Positions 11,361 to 23,951 of a stretch of 62,000 nt of DNA are shown piece after piece. Made by a program: the position numbers and the translations under genes. The first letter of the stretch is position 1. Each line of letters begins with the position of its first letter. The stretch is taken from NCBI RefSeq assembly GCF_000400465.1, contig NW_008806276.1:144001-206000 (forward strand). Direction: 5' to 3'. This DNA comes from Wallemia ichthyophaga EXF-994. Lineage: Eukaryota > Fungi > Basidiomycota. Under the pieces are notes generated by a model. The model made no database searches and was not told the DNA's origin. It saw only the letters and a program-made list of their open reading frames with translations.

Positions 11361-12374
11361 ATGATCAATTTCATTCATTTCATCAAATATCCGAGAATTT
11401 TAAATGGAAGCTTAGTCTTCTCTGTTTCAATATCTAATGACCTTAGAACTGAATTCTTGGAACCCACAAATCCTATTCAGATCAATGCAGCTGTTTTGAT
11501 TCACAATCGGCAATCAAAACCAATAAAACTGGATAACGTTTTAATTTACGCTTCTTCACGTGATGGATATAAAGTTATTGATCTTCCTCTCTCTGTTGCA
11601 GGTCTAAGCCCCTCAGACACCTTTAGTCTACTCATTTATACGAAAAACTCATCAATCAAGCCAAATTTGAAGGATGTGTTACATTTGCAACACCCAATCC
11701 CATTACAATCACTCCCTTCTTCTTTAAATCAAGCTCAATACCTTCAACAGCGTTCTTTCACTGTAAACACGCAGCAATTACACATTGTTGAACACACGTC
11801 GTTCGATTTGGATAAAAAGTTATGGGATAGTGGATTGGCTTTAAGTGGAGACCTGATTAGCTGTTTAAATACCTATTTAGACCTCTCAAAATCACTGAAA
11901 ATACTTGAATTAGGTACAGGTACAGGAATTGTATCAATTACTCTCGCAACTCTGCTATCACAGATGTCTAAACAGTCGCACACAATCACTGCAACTGATT
12001 TAAACAGCGCTATACCCCTTCTTCGGAGCAATACCAAGAGAAACGCTCACCTTTACAAAAACATTGAAATACAACCAAAAGAGCTGTCTTGGGGATCAAA
12101 TAGCTCGCTTGAGAGTGTAGAGTATGATATCATTATTGCTGCCGACATTACATACAATATGTCATCGTTCCAACTTCTGCGAAACACTTTATCCAACTTA
12201 TTCACCGCGAATCCATCAACCAAGCTAATTCTAGCGCACAAATATAGGGATTATCAAGAAGACACCTTCTGGGATCATGCTAGCCAAATAAATCTCAAAT
12301 CGACTCACCTCAAATCTATTGGATGCGGCAGACGAGGCTATGAGACTGAAATATGGGAATTTAAGAGGATGTAA
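11361..12374 (+). CDS. METTL21/Efm-like (family 16) SAM-dependent protein methyltransferase with N-terminal extension
   Basis: LWDSG, ILELGTGTG, ATDL, LSWG, IIIAADITY. Confidence 0.8.
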   Translation: MINFIHFIKYPRILNGSLVFSVSISNDLRTEFLEPTNPIQINAAVLIHNRQSKPIKLDNVLIYASSRDGYKVIDLPLSVAGLSPSDTFSLLIYTKNSSIKPNLKDVLHLQHPIPLQSLPSSLNQAQYLQQRSFTVNTQQLHIVEHTSFDLDKKLWDSGLALSGDLISCLNTYLDLSKSLKILELGTGTGIVSITLATLLSQMSKQSHTITATDLNSAIPLLRSNTKRNAHLYKNIEIQPKELSWGSNSSLESVEYDIIIAADITYNMSSFQLLRNTLSNLFTANPSTKLILAHKYRDYQEDTFWDHASQINLKSTHLKSIGCGRRGYETEIWEFKRM

Positions 12375-12457
12375 TAGATGAATACTAATTTATAAATTTA
12401 AATTTATTTGAATTTCAGTTTCAACTCTGTATTAACGCGTTGTAAGCTCCACCCATC

Positions 12458-13482
12458 ATGATGCGCAACGCGGTTGCGGTAACCGCAACGCCAGACAAGT
12501 CAAAATCGAATTGGACAGCGCAGGCGCAAGCGTTTAGTGAAGATGAATCTGATGCGATATTGCAATCATATTTATTAGATGGTGAGTGTGTAGCGGTGCA
12601 GTGAATGGCACACAAAGCTCACCAACACCGCACGCAGTCGACAACAAGCGCAAAGCAATGAAGCTACACCTCGATAGATCTTTAAGCGCTTTCACAGCTC
12701 GCTCTCTCTCCATTCTCGCAAGTGTCCCGAAAGCACTGCACAACCTCACCCTGGGTGAATTTCAGGACAAATTCGGCGGTGATCTCGTACGCGCTGTCCG
12801 CGGCGAGGGCGTTAAAGACGCCACTCATGATCTTGAAGACAATGACCGCGAGGAGGAGTGGGAAGCTGCACGGAAACGGAAGCGGGTGGACAAGGACGGC
12901 GATGGTATTGATCCCAGTCAGAGTCCACAGCTTGAGAAGAAAACTAGTCGGAAGAATACAAAGAAAGTTGCTAAAACACCTTCTGCACGCAGTACACGCT
13001 CAACGAGATCAAAAACTAAGGGCAGAAATGGTGTCAGTGCGGTGAAAGATAGTGAAGATGAAGATTCTCATATGCCTTCTTCCTCTTTTAACCCCACTCT
13101 CACTACACATGATGATTTGCCCGATGAGGCTGAGGTGGAGGCTGAAGTGAGGGCTGGTATGTACAATACCTCAACACATCACACTATCAAACGACGTCCA
13201 TCTATACAGTTAGTGGGGAATGGCATATCGGATCTCAATATCGATCATATCGACCTTCCGAATGCATCCACTAAGAACGAAACGAGATATCTTCACGACA
13301 CAGCTACCCTATTCATTCCCCTTCCCGATGGGACTAAGCTGGCTGTTGATCCTGCGCGGGCTGAGCCTGAAGAGCTCAATAAGCTCGAAGGGGTCAATGA
13401 TGAGATGCGCGATATAGTTCGCAAACAGATTGAAAGGCGTATGCAAGAGTTGGTGGGTTTGATTGATAGATGGAAGACCTAG
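12458..13482 (+). CDS. Borealin/Nbl1-like chromosomal passenger protein; intron 12582-12637
   Basis: Spliced N-terminus ...ILQSYLLDVDNKRKAMK...SVPKALHNLTLGEFQDKFGG resembles the Nbl1/Borealin N-terminal helix. Confidence 0.6.
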
Positions 13483-14022
13483 TTGTATAATAACTTGTTG
13501 TATTTATCTTATCTTGAATAGTCATTATGGTTTCTACGTGTTTATCAATAGACGCGTCTCGGTCATCTACGCGTCAGAAATTACCTATGTAGGCAGGAGG
13601 AAAATATCAGGGGAGTGAAGAAATATGTATGCTAGTTATTAAGGTACAAAATTTTTGATGAACTGGTTTTGGTTTTTATGTTGTGATGATTTGAGCAAAG
13701 AGGCCCAGTAGGTGAACCTCTATGGTAGTGAGATGAAGCAGCCTTTAATGAGAAAAGTGAGGTACGTGTCAGATTATCGAGGCTGTCTTAAATGCTTAAA
13801 GACCTCAATTTCCTTCGCAGCGCGTTCCCTTCATACCGGTGAAAATTTAGAATCAAAAAGAATACAAATGCAGGAAATTATACGCTGAAATGCCCACCAA
13901 GCAGCTGATTGTATTAAGGGACACGACAGGAAATAGCCATGTCATGGACTATTTGACAGGCAGTTGACGTATACCCAAGAAAGTCACATTCCTTATAGAA
14001 TTGAGCATAAGTAATAACGATC

Positions 14023-17000
14023 ATGAGCCAACAGATACCTTTAGAAAGAGTAAGGCAAACACAAGCGACGTTTGTTTCGCGCAATGCAGCATCGCACCTA
14101 TGTTCAGACGTGCGCAGTGTAGGAGTATCGCTCGAGTGTCTAGCGACGTTAAACAGTCTGCTCGATGAGATATTGGCGAGGGTGTTGGCGCATGCACACA
14201 GTTTTAGACTTGCACTCCTACGCAGAGCGATACTGGACGTCATAGGCGTGAGCTTTGGACAGAATGCCATTACCGAGGCTGAAATGAAGCTCCAAGTGAG
14301 CTATCCGTTGGGGAGTTATTATAGCGGCGGAGGTAACGAGAACGGAAATGGAAAACTAGGGCAGTTCCCACTAGACGACGCGTTTAATGTAAGTTGATGT
14401 CTCTGATATTGCACTATTGCACTATTGCATCATTGCAGCACTCTAATGAACACCTTAGACACTGCGGTACAACGCCATCCTCAAATCCAAATACTCGGAT
14501 CCGGGACTGCAGTCACTCACACTAGCAGCCACGCTCGAGACCAAGCTGTACGAATCGCTTAGTAACCACGTGCTGGATCTGGGGAGCATTCCAGTTGCGG
14601 GGATATACATGTCGGGGGTGCTGGAGTGCGTGACGGAGACGATATGCGCGGATATCGCAACGGTCGTTGTGCGCTCGAGTACCAAACATGAAGCGCGTCT
14701 CGAAGACCTCTACGATGCAATACAAGGTGGTGAGACTGCTGGCGGGAGTGGGCAGAGCTGACGCGCGACGCAGAGAATGATCACGTCAACAGCGTTATAC
14801 AGGGGATGCTGATGAAGGATGAGATTGAGCTGAAAGTGAATCAGGCGGAGGAGAGAAGGCGGTCGATAACGAGTCAAGTTAGTGCGATCAGCAGGATATC
14901 GCAGGCGACGCAAGGGAATAGAGTTGGTAAAAGCAGGCCACCATCTATAGATACAGCCCAATCAAATACAATGCATAGACACTCTTCAAGTATCGGCGCT
15001 AGGCTGTTCAGTGGTCTGCACACACCAGTCAGCGCAACTAGCAGGGATAGCAGGGACAGCACAGACAGTACCACTATCGCTGGCAGACGCTCCTCCAGTT
15101 ATCTTAGGAAATTAAAAAATACTCCGGAAATTGTAAGTGGAGCTCGTTCCTCTCGACACCCACGACCAAGTTAGAGTTGACTCAGACTCGCAGTGTGAAA
15201 CAGAAAGCACGGACAAGAAAATATTCGACAACATTTTGAATAACAAGGATACGGTGAAACTATCATTAACACCTACGACAGTACACGTGAGTTGGTGGTG
15301 TCTGTGCGGGGACCGTTGACGATGCTGACGACGACTCAGACACAGAAAGCAAGCAATATGAGCTACGCGCACGCGGCAAACACTATACACACCATAGACA
15401 CGCTCAATGAAGATCACGAGCTGGACGATTCCGATGAAGTGGACTCGCTCAGTGAAGAAATCGGCAGAAAACCCAACAAGAAGGAGTCGCTGATCGATTT
15501 CCTCAATAGCACACCGCCCTGGGAAAACGGCGGTGGGCGTGTACCTCATAACCCACACCAATCACACCACAGCCTGCCTTCGTCCGTAGACGACGAGCAG
15601 CACGGACGCACACCAGGACTGTCCAACTTCAGCCGCGACCTCATAGCGTTCCTCAACACAGAACCGCCCGGCGGAACACCGAAGCCATTGAACGAGAAGA
15701 AGAGCACCAACAAATTCAAGAGCATTTTCAAGGGCAAAGGGGGTGGTGGCAGTGGTGGAAGTGTGGCCAGTACAGGCAGCGGTAGCGTCGAGAGCCATAA
15801 TAACAAGAAGACGGCGAATAAAATTAGCGTTCCTGCGTCTGTCCTCCACACTGCAGCATCGAGTAACGGTCTGAATGGATTGGGCGGCGCGGGAAGCGTG
15901 AGCAGTGCGCGCAGTACCAGTCTAGGACACACAAGTGCAATGAGCAATGCGCGCACAACCACCGCACCCAAATCTAGTTTTTCCACATTGCGCTATTCGG
16001 AGCCAGACAGGCAGTCAGCGTATTCGGAGGAAGCGGGATCGGGAGCAGGAGCAGGGATTGGAGTGTCAAACTCGTCGTGTCCACCGCCAATACTGACGAA
16101 TGGATATGGCCATACACCTCCTGCACCTGCACCTGCACCTGCACCAACGCAAACAACAGAAAAACTTCCTCCGATTCAGTCACCGTTGCCCATGTCGACA
16201 TCATTCACCAGATCGCCCTCTCCTCAGCTATCGTTGTCGGCGTCAGTATCTCCGGCGTCGTATGTGCATATGCAGCAGTCTCAACAGCAGCAGCTACCGA
16301 TCGCAAGCACGAGTTCTGCGATTGCAGATCAGTACGCAGCGGCTGTGCTGAGACGAACGCAGTCTACGCATCAGAATTTGAATTTGAACAGCGCAAATGG
16401 AAGTGCAAATGCGAATGCGAATGCAAACACCAACACAAACAATAACAATAACACTAACGCCTCCGCCAATCTCACTCCACCGCTGCCATCACTCCCCTCA
16501 TATACCAGACCCAGCAGTCCAAAGGCGGAAGAGGTATACGGCACACACAGCCCGTGCAGTCGGTCGCACAGCACCTCCCAGAGTCTACGACGCGACGGGA
16601 AGCCGTCGCCAATCCGCAAACCTGTCCCAGCGCTGGACAGTGGGGGAGAAGTGGGAGAAGAGATTGAAGGTGGAGAGAGGCATATGACGCAGCGGGCGAA
16701 CGAGGGAAGGGGACACAATGGGGCGCAGCAGCACAATCAAAAACAGACCCAAACCCAGACCCAGAAACAGACACAGAAGAACGATTCACAAACCGAGAAA
16801 GATAAGCACGACAGCACATCCACCAACGAACGCTACAGCACAGCTGTGCAGACAGCCAGCAGGGCAAGCAGTCAAACACCCTACTCTCAGCACACACGCG
16901 ACACGGATGATGCATATATACACAAAGGTACACTTGTCAAGATGCACAACATACTTGCACATGCACAGACGGCTGACGAATGCAGGCTGTACCTCGATGC

Positions 17001-17631
17001 CTTCCTCAAGAGCGTGAAGGTAGCCATGCCGCAAGAGGAAGAGGATGGGGCTGAGGGTGAGGTGGTATCGGGGGCGTCAGGTGTGTCAGGCAGCTCAGCC
17101 AGTGCAAGGATGTCAGGCGCGTCAAGAGCCTCAATGCAGCCGCAACAGAGCACCGGCGAGCTGAGCCACCATGCGGATATCAATGAAGTGGGTGTGAGCG
17201 GGACTGGGAGCGCGATTGTTAGCGCCAGTGCCATTCCCATGTCTATCAGCGAAGATAGGAGGGAGGACGATGATGAACACACTCAATCCCCCTCCAGGCA
17301 AGCCGTCGAGATCGACCACGCCAGCTCACAATCATCCCTTCCGCATCTCGTTGGGCAGCAAGGCAGCAGTGATGAGATGGATGAAGTGGATAATGCGGAT
17401 GAGAAGGAGAGGCCAATTCGGTACACCTACACACATACACATTCACCTACGGAAATGAGCACACCAGGGGCTACACCCATCACCACACCCATAACGCCAA
17501 CAGCTACTTCACCGTATAGAAGCGACAACAGGACTTCAGAGGATAACTTTGTTACCAAGTGGCTGATGGGAGATAGTCAGGCACATACAGGAAACGGAAT
17601 CCAGGTGGAGATCACGGATAGTGGTGTTTAG
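14023..17631 (+). CDS. Large uncharacterised fungal protein with histone-fold-like N-terminus, repeated DFLN..PP motifs and a long disordered region; about 4 introns
   Basis: ORFs 14023, 14570, 14806, 15137 and 15292 can be joined through GT-AG introns (first at 14389-14458). Motifs TVKLSLTP, SLIDFLNSTPPW, DLIAFLNTEPP, ECRLYLDAFL, KWLMG. Confidence 0.65.
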
Positions 17632-17691
17632 GAGTTGAGATGTCTCGGATAATTTTCACGTTGTACAGTTGAGTAAAGATAATTACAGAGA

Positions 17692-18108
17692 TTAGAGAGA
17701 TACGCCTGTATTCTTAGTGTGTTTTTCGTGTTTTTCGTGCTTTTCGTGCTCGTCGTGCTTGTTTTGCTCGTTCTCACCACCATTCAACTTGAATTTGAGT
17801 AAAGCGACGCGTTCTCGCTGACTAGAGATGGTGTACTCGTTCTCTTTGATGGTGTTGGTGATTAGGGAGTAGTCGTCATCAGAATCGTCGTCAACTACGC
17901 GCAGCTGCTGTGTATCTTCAGAGGCAGCAATTTCAGCGTCGCGTGTGCCAATCGATTGGCTGTCAAAGCCACCGTCAAATTGAGATTGCAGATTCGTTGT
18001 CTTTGGTAAGTAAGTGAGTAGCTCGCTGTTGGAACGGATAAGGTGGTTGATAGAGTTATCTAACCTCTTGATCTCGGCAATATCGGCATCAACTGAGTAT
18101 AAATCCAT
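17692..18108 (-). CDS. TMA17: Tma17/Adc17-like proteasome assembly chaperone
   Basis: LDNSINHLIRSNSEL and TIKENEYTISSQRERVALL match yeast Tma17 ENSINHLQRSN and SVRENEIVLNNYNERVDAL as recalled. Confidence 0.7.
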   Translation of the reverse strand: MDLYSVDADIAEIKRLDNSINHLIRSNSELLTYLPKTTNLQSQFDGGFDSQSIGTRDAEIAASEDTQQLRVVDDDSDDDYSLITNTIKENEYTISSQRERVALLKFKLNGGENEQNKHDEHEKHEKHEKHTKNTGVSL

Positions 18109-18175
18109 GAATATTTTCTGCTTTACGTCGTTCTAAGTGGTTGATTAGAAGCAGCCAGAGCGACCATCACCGAGA

Positions 18176-20463
18176 ATGAGCAAATTACTCTACTCAAAAT
18201 CTAAAGTGAATATAAATACCGCAAAATGTAAAATACCGGGGAATTTAGCTTTGGTTGAAGATCCCAATGACTCTATAACGATTAGCTGGTTACCAGAGAC
18301 AATCCTTAAGGAACTGGATGAAGAGGACAAATTTGTCTTAGTTGAATCAACCAATAAGATTGAAGTTATTGTTAATCCTCCACCGCACATAAACGATTCA
18401 TACGCCTTCAATTATCCAATTTCTGACATATACTCAATAATGCTTAATCCTCCTTCTATTTCTAATTGGTATGGTACTGTTACTATTAATCTTCAAGGCG
18501 GTGTTACTCTCCCTGTGTTGCACTTCCATGATGACGAAATTACGTCATCATCGATACCTAGAACACGAGGCACTTGGGGTGGAAATGAGTTTATAAGCTG
18601 TCTTCGTCTTTATATATCTCTTTTGCAATCTCAAATCACCAACAACCTTTTCCTCGTTGATCCTAATCCGATCGATAAAACTTTTCATCAACAGCCACAG
18701 CCACAGTCACAACCACCGACGCAACAATCACTCCTTCACTATGCTCTAAACCCACAATCAACTCACTCTCAACGCATTTCTACACGCTTCAACTCCCACC
18801 AACGCGACAACTCAACTACTACTATGAAAGGTTTCTTTCCAGATAATGTCGCTGATGCAACTCCCGCTGTGAATAACTTCACTTCAGTATATCAAAATAC
18901 CCTTACAAGCTTCGCAAACATTTCCCGCTTTTCAAAACAAACTGCTCATAATATTCTGTCTCACCCACTCGCTCAACCAATCCTTCCACACCTCCCGACT
19001 CCCGTGCAGAGCAGAGCAGTTGCTGGACGCAGTCACGCAGGTGAATACGACAGCGCTCGCATCTACCTAGCCAAATGGGCGCGCAAAGTGGCTGAAGAGG
19101 GTGACAGGAATAGTGGCCAGGGGGGTGAGAGGAGAGAGGGAGTAGGAGTAATGAGACCATCAAGTAACTCAGTGGACGAAAATATACAAACAGTTGACGG
19201 CAGTGTAGAGAGTGATTTAGGTAATTTCCAGCTACTCAACGTTTCCTCAGAAAGGTGTACACGAGATCCAACTCATCCAATCACTCTCCCAGAGTGTACA
19301 GCCTGGTTCGATCATACTGGCAAGCCCCTCATTAGTGAGTCGGAGATGCGCGAGCGTGTTTTTAGAAGGGGCACTGAAAGTACCGCTAAGAGTCTTATCT
19401 GGCCATTCATTCTCTCCGTTATACCGTGGGATACAACGCATCAAGACAGGCAATCTGCTTGGGATGACTTGGATACCCAGTATGTACAGCTGAAGAGCAC
19501 GTGGAAGAATCTCGATGTATTCCACGATAAACAAGTTACCGAAGAGCGTCATCGCATTCGCGTCGATTGCCTGCGCACTGATCGAAATGTCCCTCTCTTT
19601 GCCAAGAGCGACAGTGAGCTCAACGAGCTCAAACTGGGTATTGCGGAGTTGGGTGAGAATGGGAGTACGAGTGGGAGTGGTGATAGCAGTGAGGACAAAC
19701 ACAGCGACAGCAAAGAAGGCTCATCACAGGCTTATAGCAATGTCCACGTTCGCAAGCTGCAGGGTATCCTTCTCACATACAATTTCTACGAAAAAGGATT
19801 GGGATATGTCCAGGGCATGTCTGATCTTATCGCTCCTCTTTACGTTATCAGCGAGGCTAATGAATCAACTACGTTCTGGCTTTTTGTCAACTTGATGAAC
19901 CGCACCAAGGAGAATTTCGCAGCTGATCAGAAAGGCATGTCGAGGAAATTAATAACGCTGCAAGATTTGATTAGAGTGATGGATCCACAACTCTACCAAC
20001 ACTTTAAACAGAGTGACAACCTCAATATGTTCTTCTGCTTTAGGTGGATATTGGTGATGTTCAAGAGGGAGTTTTTGTTTAGTGATATTATCACATTGTG
20101 GGAGGTGAGTTGGGGTTGGTAAATATTACACACTCACTTATATCAATAATTTTCTTAGGCACTCTTCACTCGCCCTGTTCAACAACAATTTGAACTATTC
20201 GTCGCACTTGCTGTGCTTGAGTCACATCGCGATATCATTCTGAGATATTTAATGGAGGTGCGTTTTAATTATCACCTCAACCACATCCTTGCTCACAAAG
20301 ACAGTTTGATGAAATGCTCAAATATTGCAATGACCTTAGTGGTACGATTGATGTGCATAAAACACTCAATACCGCTCAAGTGCTTTATGATAACTTATTT
20401 ACACTACACAATACCACAAGAGGGAAGAACTTTACAGATAATCTAGTTGAATTGGTTGTGTAG
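18176..20463 (+). CDS. GYP7: Rab GTPase-activating protein Gyp7 (TBC1D15-like); two 3' introns
   Basis: LPVLHFHDDE, IRVDCLRTDR, GYVQGMSDL, FFCFRWILVMFKREF; spliced tail FELFVALAVLESHR...FDEMLKYCNDLS, stop TAG 20461-20463. Confidence 0.9.
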
Positions 20464-20477
20464 CAAGATGACAAGAA

Positions 20478-21554
20478 CTAAAAATACAATCTCAACGCAG
20501 CAGAGGATTGAGATTCAGCAGGACAATAAGGACACTTAACTCTACCACCGCCTTTAGATAACTTGGATAAGCTATCATTGGCTAGAACATGCCCACATGA
20601 TAGCATCATTGGTGGGTTTGTGTCAGTTGTCTGTTCTTTGCTAATTGGGCAGGTGAATACGCTATGAAATTTGTATTTGTCTTGTAGAGGTACTTGTACA
20701 GGTAATTCATCAGATTGAGACCATTCTGTGCGTGTTTTCTGTATCAATTGATTGAATCGTGAAAGAATGGGGAGAGCAGAACCACCGCCGATGTCTAGAG
20801 TGAGTTTGAGATGATCAATTTTCGGGATGTCGTTGATTGTGCACCAGGAGTGTTCAAATGTAGGTACGAGTAAATTTGAGTGAATTGCATCTGTTGTGAG
20901 ATAAGAGTAAGGTGAGTTAGCGAGATCTTTGAAGGCAAGTGAAGCTAAAAGGGAGCTAGCAGGTTTAGAAAATTGTGGTGATGATAAGTAGGGTGATAAG
21001 TTTTGTTTGAAGTAATTGAGGCTGTCTAGGGAGGAATTGAATTGTGAAAATTTTGATCGGTGTAGGTAGAAAAGGAGAGGGGAATTGAGAGGATGTTGGT
21101 AATGATTAGCCCAATCCAGAGCAGATGTGAGATTGTTAGATTTGAGTTGATTTATGATTGTGTTTAAGGATGTTATTTTGTTGATGTAACTGGGCTCAAA
21201 TGCGATTTTATAAACGCTGCAGAAGTCGTTAAACACGTCCAACCATCCTAATCTCAATAAGTAAGCAGCTATAGCTTTGTTTAGGTTGTAATCGTGGTTG
21301 AAGTCTACAGTGGGAATTGTAGATTGAGGCTGTGAATTCAAAGACTTGTCAATACGTTTTATTAACTTATAGTTATCCAAATTATTTTCATTTATCTGAG
21401 TGATGTCATTTGCAATGGTGGCTGGGTTAACTGATGCCGAATCTGAAGCCGATGCCAAATCCCTCAAGCCTTCCAAACTACCAATTAATTTATCCAAATT
21501 ATTTAAATTTGATTTTATTTCATTTTTATTTGTCAACGTGATTACATTTTCCAT
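20478..21554 (-). CDS. RMD5: GID/CTLH complex E3 subunit Rmd5/Gid2
   Basis: LisH/CTLH region, ELPVQV, FHSVFTCPISKEQTTDTNPPMMLSCGHV, KCPYCP. Confidence 0.92.
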   Translation of the reverse strand: MENVITLTNKNEIKSNLNNLDKLIGSLEGLRDLASASDSASVNPATIANDITQINENNLDNYKLIKRIDKSLNSQPQSTIPTVDFNHDYNLNKAIAAYLLRLGWLDVFNDFCSVYKIAFEPSYINKITSLNTIINQLKSNNLTSALDWANHYQHPLNSPLLFYLHRSKFSQFNSSLDSLNYFKQNLSPYLSSPQFSKPASSLLASLAFKDLANSPYSYLTTDAIHSNLLVPTFEHSWCTINDIPKIDHLKLTLDIGGGSALPILSRFNQLIQKTRTEWSQSDELPVQVPLQDKYKFHSVFTCPISKEQTTDTNPPMMLSCGHVLANDSLSKLSKGGGRVKCPYCPAESQSSAALRLYF

Positions 21555-21587
21555 TCTAACTTGATAGTTGAATGCTAAGTGTCATCA

Positions 21588-23857
21588 ATGGAGGTGTGTT
21601 ATAAATTAAAGCGCGTTTTATTTTCTAAAAAAATATCAAGACATCCTCTTCAATACCCAGCCTGATTGATAATGGCCCTGACTACGCCGATGACAATGAG
21701 GACTACGACGACAACGAAGATCACGGCGATCATCTCGGCGAGGATTCCGAGGTTGCTCACGATTCGGAGGCTATCCAGGGATCTCCTGCTGCAAACGACA
21801 TTCACGTCATTCCCAGTCCAGATGACATACCAGCTGCACAACCACACTCATCAAGAAGTACAAGTCTGTTAAACCAAGATATTGATAAAACAGCAGCACG
21901 TGCAGCATCCAATCCCCATGCACTAGTTATTGCCTCTCTTCGTGCGCAGATCGATGAGCTTACCAGCCAGCTCAACAGTCTCAACGCGAAGCTAGTCCAT
22001 ACTTTCGACAAATCAGACAATCTCCAGCAAGAGCTTGATGAGGCGCGGACGCTGCACCACCACCATCAACTCCGCATTACCGCGCTCGAGAAGGAGACAG
22101 CGGCTGTGAAGACGAGTCTCGACAACGGCACGCTCGTTGAGCGCGAGAATGTAATGCACGAGCTCACACATATGGTTGACTCTATCGTCACCGAAACCCA
22201 AAAAGCTACGCTAGCGCGACAAGACAAGGCAGCTATCGAGCAGGACCTCGATGATCTCAGCGCTAATCTCTTCGCAGAGGCTAACCGCATGGTTGGCGTC
22301 GAACGACTGCTCAAAGCCCAGGAAGCGGATCGACGCCGTGTAGCTGAAGAGAGGCTCGTTGAGGCTGAGGAAGCTGTCCGAGTCACCCAGCGCCAGATGA
22401 GCGAGTGGGTAGAGAGGGGTGAAAGTAGCAACGGCGCCCTCCAACCACCTGCAGCTTCCGATTCCAATCTCAAACCAACTCTTACTCCCGTTCCTACTCT
22501 CACGCACACCCATATCCCCTACCTGGAATTCATCAGCTACCTGCATACGCTGGCAAGCGCAGCCAGTGTGCGGCAGAGAGCGAGTGAGTCTCAAACTCCT
22601 TCCCAACTCCTCCCGCTCGACCTCTCACACGCCTTCCTGCGCCGACTGCTTGAAGAAGACGTTGAGCCAACGCTGCGCCTCGACCTCTCACGCGCTTTTG
22701 GCCTCCTCACACGCGGTAAGGTGCTCACAGCGGTGACAGAGGGCACGCTCGAACTAGAGCCTGCTCGCGGCGCCGAGTTTGCACCCGGAACCGAGTGTGC
22801 ATTGTCAGGTCGTGTGCTCATACCCGTGCGCGACGGCGAAGGTGGTCACAAAGGGAGCGCGTCCCAGTCCTCTTTCTTCAGCTGGAGTGGGAGCGGCAGG
22901 GGGAGCAGCCGACCTGCCTCAACGGGTGCAGGTGGAAATGCAGATGCAGGTACAGGCGAGAGCGCAATACACGTATTCAGACTCTCCGCTAGCCCCACAG
23001 CTACCCGCTATCCCGTCGATGCAGGCTGGGCGGTACCGCGGCTGCGTGCTGCGTGCGAGTTGTGGCGGTACGTGCGCGCTCTGCAGGCATCTGTCGTTAC
23101 TATGCAACCCCCATTCTGCCCACCAGCGGGATGTCAGACTAGGGAGGCGTTTGATGCATCTATAGGCAGGATGGGATTGAAGAGCGGTCGAAAAGGTGGA
23201 GATGGACTCAGTGGAGATACTAATCCTTCTCCTACTATTCCACCCCCAGCAACAGGTAGATCGTTCTGGGGTGCTTTCCAGTATGCTAGATCTACCCCAT
23301 CGGTGTCGGCTCCATCTTCCGCTTCCCCGTCCCCTCTGCACGCTGACAAGACTGAATTGCCTGATGAGACAAAGAAGGGGGTTAGGGAAACACACGATAT
23401 TGCGGGTCGTGTCGATGACCATATTGACGAGAGCAGTCGCAGCGATCATACACACACACAAGACGACACCCACCATCCTCACCTTGTCTTGTCTAACCCT
23501 CAGCAGCCACCACCGAAACCCAAGCGCGGAAGGAGAAGCAGGGGACGGAAGGGCACGGTGACAGGTGCACCTCCATCGATACCTTCTCAGCGCGACAAGG
23601 AGGACGAGGAGGGGAGTGAAAATAAGAATCAAGAGAATATTGCCAGGCAAAACTCTGACGACAAATCGGATAAAAGTGTTGACTCGAACACCACGCTCAC
23701 CCAGAACACACTAGATTTGCAACTCAGCGATACAGCAGAAAAGGAAATAGAAACAGAAACAGAAACATGGGAGATGGCTAGATGGAGACAGATAGTGGAA
23801 CTAAAGCAAAACATGTTCTGGGCGCGGGTTAATGGTGATCCAAATGCTTCGATGTAG
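21588..23857 (+). CDS. SEC2: Rab GEF Sec2; ATG GAG micro-exon, intron 21594-21640
   Basis: Reading frame open from 21641 (IASLRAQIDELTSQLNSLNAKLV), IEQDLDDLSANLFAEANRMV coiled coil, EDVEPTLRLD, KQNMFWARV. Confidence 0.85.
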
Positions 23858-23951
23858 AGTAGAGTCGAGTAGAGTCAAAAAGTGTATTTATTTTAATGTC
23901 ACAATGATATAATGCCATAATGCCAACGACAACGACAACGCCACAGTAAAT

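Noticed and set aside
13500-14020. Longer intergenic gap that might hide an ncRNA
   Set aside because: No A/B boxes, snoRNA boxes or stable hairpins that I could support
22919-23650. 243-aa antisense ORF in SEC2, and similar shadow ORFs in EFR3, the 15-17 kb gene, GCDH and UTP15
   Set aside because: Expected antisense or alternate-frame ORFs in GC-rich or biased coding sequence; no domain signatures
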